A DNA stretch of 43,668 bases, filler included, from Jimgerdemannia flammicorona (GCA_003990765.1; 2 parts of 2 records of this genome joined end to end with filler, not necessarily neighbours in it); one strand, 5' to 3'. Counted from the first letter of the whole stretch, positions 24,801-36,789 are shown. The notes: generated from the letters alone by a model not told the origin. Made by a program: numbers and translations.

Positions 24801-25939
24801 CAAACTGCCCCTGCTCTAACAGTCCCCAGTGATCAGACCATAGGCACTACTCCACCTCCAATATCTTTCAAACATCTGAACCCCAACACTCGACTATCAG
24901 AATCCAGTCAATCCTTGTACCCAAACCATTCATCCAATGTGTGTAGACCCTGGTGTTGCCCCACTGAGTTCTGCCCATATCCCCTAAGGAGCTCAAATTC
25001 TCCACCTCCTCCCATATATCCAGACCTCCACTTCTCCCCCCTGTATTCCTCTCTCCATCAGTTCTGTCTAGACTCTGATCCCAAACCATATTAAAGTCTC
25101 CACTGAGAACATCAACCCCTTCCTCCAAGAGAATACTCTCCTCCAGTAGCTCCTTAATCTATACAATTCTCTCACCCCTAACTGCTGGGTAGTAGCAAGA
25201 GCCAACCCTCACCAACTCCCATCCTGGCCAATGCCAATCTCCCCAGACCAAGTGATTACCCCAGCTCCTGATTCCCCCTAAGTCTCCTCTACCCTTCCTT
25301 ACCAGAATTGCCACTTTTCCAAACCAAGCAGTAGCCCCACCCCATTCTCTAGTCTACTCTACCCGATCATCCTTATCCTCACACTGTACATCCTGTAGTA
25401 AAAAGAGATCAGCCTCCAATCCCTTGAGCCAAGTAAAAATGTTCTTATACTGCCCAGATCTTCTTAACCCATTTACATTCAAAGAGAAAATATTGGTTGT
25501 ACTGTTCATAAAAAAATAATGTTATATACTGATCTCATCCTCTACAAGTCCACATTCGGCTCCTTCTACATCAAGTCCAAGTCATGTTCAGCAGCTAGTT
25601 CCCTTTCCCCAGCTTCCTATACTTCCAATCCTCTCAGAAGTTCCACTATCATACCATCTTCTCTCTCCTCAAAGTCCTCATGATACTCCAGACAGGCCTT
25701 CTGCTAGAGCTGCAAATCATGATGCTCTGCCCAACAGTAGACAGCCCACTCACCAGCAACAACCACTAGCTCTGCCTTCCTCACCTCATCAACCTCATAT
25801 CTCTCCTCCTCCAGGAAGATCACAAGAATCTCTACCTTCAGCACCTCCACCACTCCATCTCCTCACAGAATCTATGCCCAATGCTTCTCAGGCATTACAT
25901 GGAGATCCACTTCTCCCAATGCCTCAGCTGTGAGGTTAT
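21889..25939 (-). mobile_element. LINE copy 5: ORF2 (ATG 25509) and end of ORF1, interrupted by gypsy 2
   Basis: Same APE/RT motifs (QGDPLSP, AFADD). ORF1 breaks at NLTAEALGE exactly where the LTR begins. Confidence 0.93.
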
Positions 25940-26734
25940 TGTAAGAGGGTTGCTTTTTTGGGTAACCATTATATAGTTCTGGAAGGGTTTTCTGGAAGTT
26001 CTGGATATTCTGGAAGACTGTTTTCTTATGGTCAAGATCAATTTCATATAGAGTATATCCTCTATGCTTATTAATTTCAAGATTGGATTGACATCTCAAC
26101 CAAAGTCCTTTTTCGGACTAGTTCTGGATATTTAGGATTTTCCATATTTCAGGAAGTTTAAGAAACTAAGGCCAGCTTAGTTGAATTGGCATATCACTGC
26201 AGACAATACCCAATTAGGAAATTTCGTGATGGGGTTAGGAGTGGGACCTAATGGGGAGTAGATTTACTTAAGAGTGGTTTGTGGGTTATTAAATAGGTTT
26301 ATTTGCTATTTATGATATTGCTATACTAGGAATAGTTGTATGAAGGAATATTGTGGAGAAGTGCTCAAGAGTTGTGTTCAGATTGTTCAGGTCTTTTTGT
26401 CTGAGATTCTGAGGTCTGGGGGAGGGGGTATTTATACTAGTGAGGGGCTATCTGGACTATACTAGATATGGATGTAGCACTAAGTGCTTTGCTGAGTTGG
26501 AATACAGTCACATAGTATAGGTGTGATCTGATATATCAAGAGATCATCTGACTGCTGAGTCAGTTCACAGTCACGTCATACAAGGCTAATCTAACTATAC
26601 TATGACTGCTAAGCTATTTATAGGTTTAGGCACTGTCTGGTTAGTCTTTGATGATATCTTATTGATAACATCATCGCTGGCAAAGTCTGAGCAGTTTTCT
26701 GACTTCTGACATCATCAGTTTTAAGGTATCATCA
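25940..26734 (-). repeat. 3' LTR of gypsy 2 (right edge inferred)
   Basis: Starts TGTAAGAGGG and matches 37297-37844. The end is placed at TCATCA, next to the minus-strand purine tract AAGAGATAGAAG. Confidence 0.75.
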
Positions 26735-26809
26735 CTTCTATCTCTTGCAAGATTAAGGCTGTCTTTGGTGGCAGTGATTGTATAAGGATAACAGGTCTTG
26801 GTTCTCTTT

Positions 26810-27465
26810 TTTTTTAGTCTTCTGGTATATTTGCAAGGACTGGCCATTCTTGTCTAGGGCAAGGGCTCCTAATGTCACAGCTGGGGGTTCAAACCTCTCG
26901 AAAATGATATTTTCTGTAATCTGAGGCAATTTCTAGTAGTAATATCTATCACATAGATGACTTGAGATTGGTTTCAATGATGTCAGCTTTCTTGATTTCA
27001 GATGAAGTGTCCATCACTCTCTAATAGAGGTGATATAGATAGAGTGAACAGAGTTGTTCAAATGTATTTTGCTTCTGCTAAGTAATGAGGTCTTGTATAG
27101 TCACAGTGTATCTTGGTCTTGAGTTGATAAGTACAGTTCGTGAATCTTTTGGTAGATGAGATAGAGTTCTTCTTGTCTCAATTTGAGTTTGGTACTTTTG
27201 GTTTCCTTTTGTAATAGTACAGTATACCAAACTAGTTATAGCAGTTCAGAGTCAGTCTTATAGTTATAGTACTTCTTCTAGTATTCTTGTTTCTTGGCAG
27301 TGGGTTCTCATGCTTGCTGGTATATTTCATATAACCAGATGATCTCTTCAGTAACTTGTTTTGTAGTCTCGCATATGGTTTCCAAATTAGTTCTGAGGAT
27401 GCCATGCGATTTTGGTGGCTTAGAGGTTGTGCACTTACAACTCTCCCCTTCTTAGCTTTTGACAT
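26810..27465 (-). pseudogene. Putative extra ORF3 of gypsy 2 (~215 aa, probably helical)
   Basis: Protein-like frame EEIIWLYEIYQQA..KLRQEELYLIYQKIHELYLS..FEQLCSLYLYHLY, with transition stops and frameshifts. Confidence 0.5.
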
Positions 27466-27484
27466 CCTCGTTGGGGCCTTCTAA

Positions 27485-27600
27485 TTTATTCTGGTGTTGT
27501 TGTACCATTTGGATGGTTCTTGTGGCTATGTTTGTTGAGGATTTGTTCAACTTTGTATTCTTCTTGATCATTAATAATGACAGATACAGGTGATTCTGTG
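27485..27600 (-). pseudogene. Chromodomain remnant
   Basis: PVSVIINDQEEYKVEQILNKHS resembles the chromovirus EEYEVExILDxR motif; internally deleted. Confidence 0.75.
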
Positions 27601-27799
27601 GTTCGGTTCAGAAATGTATCTCAGGCTTTCTGGAGTAGTGATCTGATATGGCTGTCAACTTTGGAAAGTCTTCTTCAGAGTTCTTGGGTTCTCCTTTGGT
27701 TGGGCAGATGGAGATAGCAAAAAGAGGGCATTTCTTGGCCAATTTCTTGAGTTGTAGCTTATTGATGTAGGTGATCTTTGGTCCAGGGTCACTAGAATT

Positions 27800-28200
27800 G
27801 AGTGGGTTCTTTTTACCTTGTAGTTTGAAGTTATGGCATCCTTTCTTGATGGTCAGAGAATGGTTTACCCAATCAATCATGGGGTTCTCTTATTTCAATC
27901 ATGGGGTTCTAAGAATGATTTCATTGTCAGGGAGTGGTATGATCTGGAGAGTAACATATACTTGATAGTCACCAATTCAGAAGGGTAGATTGCAAACTTC
28001 TTTGCTAATAACATGTGAGGTTCTATCGGCTGTAACAACTGCTTGAGTTTGTTGTACTAGAGAGGTGAAGATCTTAAGTCTGTTAGCTGTTTCTTCATTA
28101 ATGAAGTTGCCTGAGGCACCACTGTCTATCATAATCTTGACAGGTGCTTGGTTGACAAAAGCTTTAAGTGTAAGCAGTTTGTCTGATCCAATGGTGGTGA
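27800..28200 (-). pseudogene. Aspartic protease of gypsy 2
   Basis: VKIMIDSGASGNFI, IILRTP*L..NPMIDW. Confidence 0.9.
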
Positions 28201-28395
28201 TTTCAGTTGTAGGAGCTTTCCTTCTGTTGGTTCTTCTTTGAGCCAGTTCATTGACACAAGAGAAGCAATCATCAATCATTCAGGAAGAGTACATTCCAAT
28301 GCTATGGGGGTATTGGCCACTTGGTATATATCCATCTTCAATTTTCTTATAAAATTGTTCTTCTTTGTTTTAGTAGGTTGGGCTGGGGCCTTGTT

Positions 28396-28803
28396 TGATG
28401 AGCCAAATCCTTTAGATCCTCAGATGGTGGGCAGTAGTTCAGAGACTTCTTTGACTGTCAGAGTTGACTTGATTTTTTTGAATAGGATCTGAGCAATGCA
28501 GAAACCTATGAGAATCTTGAAGGGTGTCCAACTATGGTTTCAGATGAGGACAATAATTTCGTCTATGTAATCTTCATCAATGACTCCTCCTTCTACTGAG
28601 AGTCCTTTTAATGCTAGGCTGCTGTGATAGCATATTCTTCCAAAATGTCCTTCAGGGATTTGGATACTGATTCCTGTGTAGACTTGTTTGACTTCTCGGT
28701 TGGAAACTGTAGCTTCTTTGGCTGCATACAGATCATATCCAGCTGTCTTTTGACTTCCTTTGGTCGGGGTCTTGGCAGTTTGTCTTAACTTGATGAAGTC
28801 CAG
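28396..28803 (-). pseudogene. dut: dUTPase domain of gypsy 2 (between gag and PR)
   Basis: TAGYDL, HSSLA, GVIDEDYIDEI, CIAQIL, GSKGFGSS. Confidence 0.92.
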
Positions 28804-28849
28804 TATTCTAGTGGTCAGGTTATTGAGGTGATGCAGAGTAGTAACAGTT

Positions 28850-30540
28850 GCTCATATTGCTGTTTGGGGTTTTTGGTTGGAGCAGGCACTGGCTATATGT
28901 CTTGTCTTTCGGCAATAGAAGTATGCTTCACTTCTTCGAAGTTTATTTCTTTTACCTTTGGTGAGTTTCTTGAAGATACTTGGCTGGGTGGGTTCATGAT
29001 TTCTGGGTGTCTATGAGGTGGATGTGGAGGGAGCTCGGGATGCTTCATGCTTGGGTTCTTCTTTCTTGGTCCAAGTCTTTTCCTTGTTGTTGAATTGTCT
29101 CCAGGTAGAATTGGTCCAGTTGTTAGGATTCGCTTGACCATAGTCTTAATTCTTGCTAGGAACCATTGTTGGTGATTGCAACCAACTAGGCAGTCTTGTT
29201 CTCAGATTTTTCTAGTAAGCCATTCAGGCAGTACATTGAATAAATAGTCTACTCTTGTACCATTTCATACTTCATCATTAGCAATATATCCTAGGCCAAC
29301 AGTATTCAGGAGTGACTCAAGTTTTGTACAGAAGGTTTCAAATTCTTCTTTGCCATGTACATCAAATTTGAGGTTGCAGAGTTTTACTCGAGATTCAGCA
29401 ATCATGGTTTCACTATAGTATTGAGCAATCATAAGTTGTTTGAGTCCAGGGGCTGCAGGATGGGCTCCATACCCTGGGGCATTATTTGCTGCATTCTGAG
29501 CAACTACTGCAGGTTGGGTATCCCATGTGAGGGGTTTTTCAGGAAGGGTTCACCACTATTCTTCAGCAGGTCCTTGAAAGAATATAACAACTTGGTAAAC
29601 ATAGGCTGTAGTGGTAGCAAAGAGTTGTTCCAGAGTGTGGTCTTGATTGTTTGTCAGAACGCAATCAGTAACTTGCTCATTGGTCCATTGATTGGCTTCG
29701 AAGTTGGTAGCAACTACACTAATGAAGCTTTGGACTTCTTGTGCAGTACCATTGAAGGTAGGTAGGCTCAGATTTTTGGTAGGTCAGGTCTATTTGGCTA
29801 AGGTAGTAATGGTTGCTGCCATTATTGCTACCTGGGCTGTGAGGTCTAGAATCTGTTGGTTTGCCATATTGTTTACTAGAGGCAGTTGGACTGCTGGTAG
29901 TGGTGTTACTGGTACTACTTGAGGTACTGGTGCAGAGTGTGATGGAGTTCTTTGGGTCTGTATAAGTTGCTGGAGTAGTAGTTGTGGGTCTGGAGTGAGG
30001 GCTTGATAGATAACTGTTTGTTATGTAGGTATATTCTGTCCTAATGGAGGTACTTCTCCTTCAGTGGTATATCTGGGATCAAATTCACTAAGATACTCCT
30101 CCTCCTCTTTGGTTTGGTCCCTGTGTAATTGGGTTTGCTTGGTGTTGAAGTAGATGGAATTAGTTATATACCTGATTTCAGATGGACTTAATTCAAAGTC
30201 AAGTTCAGGTTCAGTATTGATTTCAGATTCAGGTAGGGCTATAGCAGGGCCTGCTTCAGGTTTGGGGTCAGGTAGTTGATGAAGGGTTTCTCTTGCTTCT
30301 TCTTTAAGAATATGGCAGGCCTTGCTGTTCTGGAATTGGTAGTATAGTGCAGTCTTGGTCCTGGTATGGTGAAAGTCGATAGAGTTGAGCCACTTGGCTA
30401 TAGAGGCCTGGGCTTCATGAGGAACTAAGGCTAGAAAGAGTACTGTGTTGTCCTAGGTCACTCAGATTTGTAGAGCTGACAAAACTCTTATTGAGAAGAG
30501 TAAAGGCTTCAATAAGACCTTCTTCATCTTGACTTGTTGG
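28850..30540 (-). pseudogene. gag: Gag of gypsy 2 with long N-terminal extension
   Basis: LPTFNGTAQEVQSFI and VETFCTKLESLLNTVG are capsid-like. The frame continues across the hAT insertion site (ELLALH|PTSQDEE). Confidence 0.75.
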
Positions 30541-30569
30541 GTGTAGTGTAGTGTTCCGAACGAGTCAAT

Positions 30570-30890
30570 TCGAATCAAATCTGGATTTGATTCGTCACAT
30601 AATGGTTCGATCTGAATCTCAAATCTGAAGCCACCCAAATCAACTTGGATTAATCCAAATTACCCCATCTGAATCGCCCCATCTGAATCACCCATCCGAA
30701 CCACTCCAATCTGAATCACTCAATCTGAATCACTCAATCTGAATCACTCAATCTGAATCACTCAATCTGAATCACTCAATCCGAATCCTCCAATTCAAAT
30801 CCTCCAATTCAAATCCTCTAATTCAAATCCTCCAATCTGAATCCTCATCTGAATCCTTCAACTGAATCCTCCAATCCAAATCCTCCACAT
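30570..30890. repeat. hAT left subterminal repeats
   Basis: Tandem 14-mers TCTGAATCACTCAA and AATCCTCCAATTCA. Confidence 0.88.
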
Positions 30891-30987
30891 GACTCATATG
30901 CTAGATATATCCACAACATATTACACATATACACATATACAATACACACACACACACATACATGCACATGCAAACATGCAAACACAC

Positions 30988-32455
30988 ATGTCAACAGATC
31001 AGTCTTCAACAGTTCACAGTACCGATGATGCTTCAAGTCAAACATCCCTGATAGTTCCATACCTTCCATGCAATCCTTGCTCTGAAATCTGGCAACATTG
31101 TGCTAAGATAGGAGATGATGTTGTTTGTAATTATTGCAGATAAAAAATTAAGATGCACCTATTGACTTGTTTGACACATATATGATATTGTTTCATCCAC
31201 CCCCAATAAACTGCACCAGCCAGAAGTTCAAAATGCTTGGTGGTATGATCTCAAACATAAATCGATACATAAAAGACAAGTACTCTGACAAAATCAAAAA
31301 GAACACAGAGATAAATAAAATTGACATCCAAGCTGTGGTGAGTACATTTATCCAATTGCCCAACTATTTCTGTACCAACAATGCTGTTTAATCAAAAATA
31401 TTTAGCCATACTCTTCGGCAGAATTTTGAAATCGGCTCATTTGCTGGATTGTGTACACAGATCAGCCATTTACAACCATTGAGAGTGATTAATTACATAG
31501 CATCTTTGGCCTCCTCAAGCATTATTTATATTTGCCAAGTGCCGATACTATTTATAAAGATGTCCTGGAGGCCTATAGGAAGGAGCACAATAATCTCCAT
31601 CAGACACTTCAGGTAAAATAAGGGCAGCACCATAACCTTTGCAAGCTGAATTATATAAAAGAGTTCACCAATTTAACCTTATATTCAATAAGCAGAATTT
31701 GGCAGGCAAAATTTTATTTATAATTAACACATAGATATCCCCCAATGCAATTTCATTTCTGGGCATTACCGGTCATTGGATTGACCTCAATTGGCAGCTT
31801 AAATCTCTCACCCTTGACTTCATCAAACTTGCTGGCCCTCATTCTGGAGACAACATTGCAGATGCTTTTATTAGTTGTATCCAGGAGCTTGGGATCACAA
31901 TCAAGGTAAAAAAAGGGGGGCTTGCCATCAGGTCAGCATTTTGAGGGAGGTCCTTAAATAGAACAGATTTTGTTGGTTATTTATTTTCACATAATTCACC
32001 AACCAAATATTTCAAGTACAGATTTTGGCCATTATGATGGACAATGCCACAAACAACTCAACATTTTTCCAAGTTTTAGTAGCTAGCCTCAAACAGGAAA
32101 ACATGGCCTTTGGTACAGAAAGCTATCATGTGTAATGCCAGGTCCATATACTGAACCTCGCTATTCAGGACTATCTTATGTATGTAGACAAAACATCTGA
32201 GAGAGGAGGGGCCCTGAGTATAATTTCCAAGCTGCACAAACTGGTTGTGTCAGTCCGATTGTCCCCACAATGACGAGACAAATTCGCTGCACAGTGTAGG
32301 GCAATTAGTTTAGCTCTGAAAGAGTTTATATTAGACATCTGTATACATTAGAACTCAACATTTGTAATGATCCAGTATATGCTGGAGTTTGCTGTGGTAT
32401 GCATTCTTTTTTTCTTCAGTCAGCTGAAGCAACTGTTTCAGATGATGGAAGATTT

Positions 32456-32498
<43 letters not shown>

Positions 32499-33578
32499 CC
32501 AATAGATTCAACGATGGCTGCTGATAAGAAAATATGGGCCGAGGTTCTAGGTGAAAGTGAGTGGGTTATACTTAGGAATGTTGTCAGAGTTTTGGAAGTA
32601 AGTAGTGGTTACTCTGGCTCTATACTCATTTTGTCTGCCTCCACACAATGCAATATCTCACCACATATAACTGCCAGTGTTTTGACGATTGTATGAAGGA
32701 TATAGTCAAACAAACAACCCCAACAATAAGCTCTGCAATACCAGTATACAACCTTCTGATTAACTGGCTAGAGGACAAGCTCAAGGACAGGCTGGAGGAT
32801 TGTGGTGATTTACAGTTAAGCCTAGATCAGAGAGATGCCATGGAGGTTACTCTAAGCAAGCTCAGGAAATACTACTCCCAAACAGATACCACTGTATACT
32901 AAATCAGTACAGGTATGTCAATATCAGCATGTAGCTGTTGCCCCTTCTAAAACAGAGGAAACCCCACAAAAACTCACTCTCCTTTTTTTCAAACAGTGCT
33001 AGACCCATGCTTAAAACTACAATACCATAAAGATCAGGGCTGGGAGCAGTACTTCATTGAGAGAACCAAGCAGGCTGTAATCGAAGTGTACCAGAAAAAC
33101 TACACACTACCGCAAGGTTCTGGCTGAAGTCTAGACAAATATGCTGAGGGTTTCCTTCTGTCCCACATTTACTTCAGCAGAAAGAGGAAGAGGGAGCCAT
33201 TAGTGGAAGAGCTGCCATCAATAGATGAACTTACCATTTACCTCACCAGTGACCATGTGGTCCTGCTGGAGGGTGCGGAGGTGCTCAGCTGGTGGAAGGT
33301 GAGTTGTCAGGTGGGTATTGTCAGGTGGGTGTTGGGCCAATTTAACCCACCAATCTAACCACTGCTCTATCCACTGGGGCATGCAGCTGTATCAAATGGA
33401 CTTCTCTAGCCTATATAGTATGGCTCGGGACTACCTGGTGATTCCTGCCTCCAGCACTCCTATTGAGTGGGTGTTCTCAGGTAGGGTGGACCTTGTTGCC
33501 CCAAAGAGGTGTGCACTGAATACTGAGACAATCTGGGCATGTATGTATCTGAAGTCTTGGTGGGGCTCAGACTACTAA
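30988..33578 (+). pseudogene. hAT (Ac-like) transposase, ~8 introns
   Basis: BED finger SEIWQH..VCNYC; FLGITGHWID..HSGDNIA; MDNATNN; CQVHILNLAIQ; decayed TRWNST; MARDYLVIPASSTPIEWVFS dimerisation domain. GT-AG introns, e.g. 32912-32996 and 33299-33386. Confidence 0.95.
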
Positions 33579-33714
33579 AATTTGGTAGGTTTGCAGATAA
33601 GTTGGTTGGCCTTGTGGAATATTTAATACCTTTCAAATTAATATCTTTCAAAATAATAAAAAAGGAAAAAAAAAACCTGAGGACTTGGCCTAGAGTCTGT
33701 GGCCCAAGTGGGGC

Positions 33715-34185
33715 AGGGTTGGCAGCAGCAGTGGAGGGAGCATGCAATATTTGCAGCCCTCAGCCAGCAGCAAGGGGCAGTCCCAAGCTGCCAGTATCTG
33801 GGTCAGTGGGCAGATCGGTGGGCGGGTTGGTGGGTTGGCAGAGAGAGTGTGCAAAATTTGTGGCCCTCTGCCAGCAGCAAGGGGCAGCCCCAAGCCGCAA
33901 GTGTCTAGGTCAAGGGGGTAGGTGGAGGGAGCATGCAAAATTTGCGACCCTCCACCAGCAGTGAGGGGCAGCCCCAAGCTGTCAGCACCCAGGTCAGTGG
34001 GTGGGGTCAGTTGGTGGATTGGCAGGCACAGAGTCGGCGGAGGGAGCATGCAAAATTTGTGGCCCTCTGCTGGCAGCAAGGGGCAGCCCCAAGCTGCAAG
34101 TGTCCAGGATGGGTAGGGCAGGCAGAGGGAGCATGCAAAATTTGCAGCCCTCTGCCAGCAGCATAGGGGCAGCCCCAAGCCACAA
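33715..34185. repeat. Five ~85-110-bp tandem units
   Basis: Recurrent core GAGGGAGCATGCAAAATTTG-GGCCCTCTGCCAGCAGCAAGGGGCAGCCCCAAGCTGC. Confidence 0.9.
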
Positions 34186-34481
34186 AGAAGTCCAGGGCAG
34201 AGAGTGCTTCTAGTAGTCAGAGGGTGCTTCTGGCAGTCAGAGGGTGTTTTCAGTAGTCGAAGTCACCAGTTCAGGTCCCATGGGCACCCCAGCCCTGTGC
34301 CATAGTGCTGCACCAGCAGCACTACAGAGCAGGGCCAAGGGGCCAGTAGGGCCCTGCATAATAGCTAAGCTAGTGCTACATAAGAGGCACCCAGCCCACA
34401 TAAGACTACCCAACCTGCACAAAATGGCTGTCTAACCCACACAAAATGGCTGCCTAACCCTTATAAAAGATTGTCTAACCC

Positions 34482-36563
34482 TTACAAAAACTGCTCCACC
34501 CACTGGTCTCAGACCTTGATGAGCCTATCATCTGTTGTGAGTACAACGACTGTTGTGTCTGAGCTCTCCTCAAAGGCAATAGTACTATGGTGGTCATGTG
34601 GTTGGAATAGGATGGCCATGTTGGCCACAAACGAGACCCTGAAACTATAGGTGAGATTGTACCAGACTCTGCTGCTATTCTCTCAGTTTGGGCCCTTCCT
34701 TTCTGGGATGTAAAACATTACCAGGGTGACATTGTTGTCTGTGTATATGGGTAGAGATAGGTTGTACCTGATATATTCTGATATAATGCGAGCATATAGT
34801 TGGTGAACCCTTGGCCCAGGACCTCATACTGCCAGGCTGTACTGGTGGATGTCTGTTCTTGGTCTAGCCCTGAGAGCCCTGGCTTAGAAATCTGCCAAAA
34901 CAGATGGTAAATGGTCAGTCTTTTTTGTGTACGGGGGGGCAGAAACCCCCCAGGCTACAGCATCCTGAAAAAGCAGAGCTCCTCACCTCATATGGCACAC
35001 TAAATTGCACTAAGAATGTATGTACAGCTGCATCGAGATCACCACCAAGCTGGCCTACCATATGCTCTACCAATCTGCTCAAAGAACTCCAGATCATAGC
35101 TGCCATCACCACACAGGCCGTGTCATACTTACATGCAGTTTGCTCTTTAATAGTACTTCTAAAGTTCTGGTAGAGGTACAGAATCTTGTGCATCCCTAGA
35201 ATTGTATCAAAAAGAGTATATTGGTGAAGAGTGTGATTTATCTGGAGAGGGGTTAAAAAAAAAGGGAGATGAGTGCAGGAAATTTTGAAACTCCAGAACC
35301 CACCCTTTGCCAGTATTGCAGTATACCCAATTCCCATCCAAACCCCCCCTCCTTACTTTTTTCACCCCCTCTTTCCTGCCATCCAGTATTTGACACAATC
35401 CTTGCAAATCTCATTGATGTGGTAGTGAAGCTCATCGCCATAGAGGTTCCTTACCACCATCGCAACCACCTCTCCATGTTCATTAATAAAGATACATATG
35501 ATTCTCTTCATCGTTGATTACTCCTGCTGACCAATAGACCCCTTGGTCGAGTATGATTGGCTCTGATTCGAATGTAGACCCCCAAGCCTTGATGATGATG
35601 CTGGTACTGCTCATGCTGAATATCTTGCCCTTAAATTTCTCTATTTGATCAGACACCAGACATGGTTGAACTTGGGTAACTTTGAACTCTCCTTTTCAAT
35701 GAAACTGAGCCCTGATCTGAGGGACCAAGATAAGTATGTAGATGGGTTGTGTGCAGATGGGTTGCATGCAGGTGGGTTGTGTGTGGGTGGGTTGTGTGCG
35801 GGCAGGTTGCAGGTAGGTTGCATGCAGGTGGATTGCATGTGGGCAGGTTGCATGCAGGCAGGTTGCATGCAGGTGGATTGCATGTGGGTATAGGTGTTTT
35901 TTAGGGGGAGACCACATAAAAATGAAATTAAATAAAACACAGAGATGGGTATTTCAGAAAAAGAGTATGAGTGAGTGAGTGAGTGAGCTACATGCCAACA
36001 AGTTGCACACTGATAAGTTGCATGCCAATAAGTTGCACAAGTTGCACAAGATTGCTCATGAAGGCTTGCTTCTGTTTCTTTTGAGACCTCTGCCATGTGA
36101 TGTATTGACTCAATAGCTCAGCCACCAAAGGCATGCCTCACAACATCTGCCAGCCTTTCTTCATCTTGACCAGATGTTGCAAATAAAGTTGGCAGATCTC
36201 GCCATAGAGCTGTGGACCCTAAGAAAAGCACAAGATGAATTGGATTGTGCTGGGGAAGTTTAAATAAATACAAGTAAACAAGTGGTAATCAAGTGAGCAA
36301 CCTACATCTACTATCGGCTGCTCCAAAAAGGCTGCCATATACATAGCTGTGAGGTCTGTGAATTCTGAGGTCCAAAGGGCCATCGTGAGTTGTTGCCAGA
36401 ATTCTCCCTCATCCCCGCCATCACTATCACCATCACCACCACCACCACCATTATCTCTTTGGCTCTCAATGAGCAGCTTATATGCTGTCTATATGAGAAA
36501 GAATCTAACAATGTCAGCAGAGAGTGCATTTCCATCTCAAATACTCCCTCTTTTGATGATCAT
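34482..36563 (-). pseudogene. Spliced cargo gene, putative TET/JBP-like 2OG-Fe(II) dioxygenase with an unknown N-terminal region
   Basis: Exons ~36563-36306, 36249-~36048, 35716-35357, 35241-34987, 34891-34482. Motifs ILGM(H/R)K, VLGQGFTN, PI(Y/H)TD, YSFRVSFVANMAILF..HSTIA. Confidence 0.62.
35740..36050. repeat. GGTTGCATGCA / AGTTGCA short repeats in cargo intron 2
   Basis: Degenerate ~15-bp units seen directly. Confidence 0.8.
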
Positions 36564-36789
36564 TGCAGGGTAAAAAATGAGTAGACTGGACCAACATATG
36601 AATTAAGGACTGCTGTTTTGTTTGTTCATGATGCAGCAGGAAAGAACAAAGAAAAAGAACAAAGAAAAAGAACAAAGAAAAGAACAAAAGAAGAGAGGGA
36701 GTAAAAAGAAAGGGTGGTGTCACCAAAGTACGATAGGAAAAAAAAAACAAGAGCAAAATGAACAAAAGAAAGGGTGATGTTACCAAAGA

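Noticed and set aside
30700..30890. Telomeric or satellite array
   Set aside because: It lies just inside a hAT TIR and is mirrored at the other end, so these are subterminal repeats.
33715..34185. CRISPR-like array
   Set aside because: Eukaryotic context, repeats too long and degenerate, linkers related to each other, and no cas genes.
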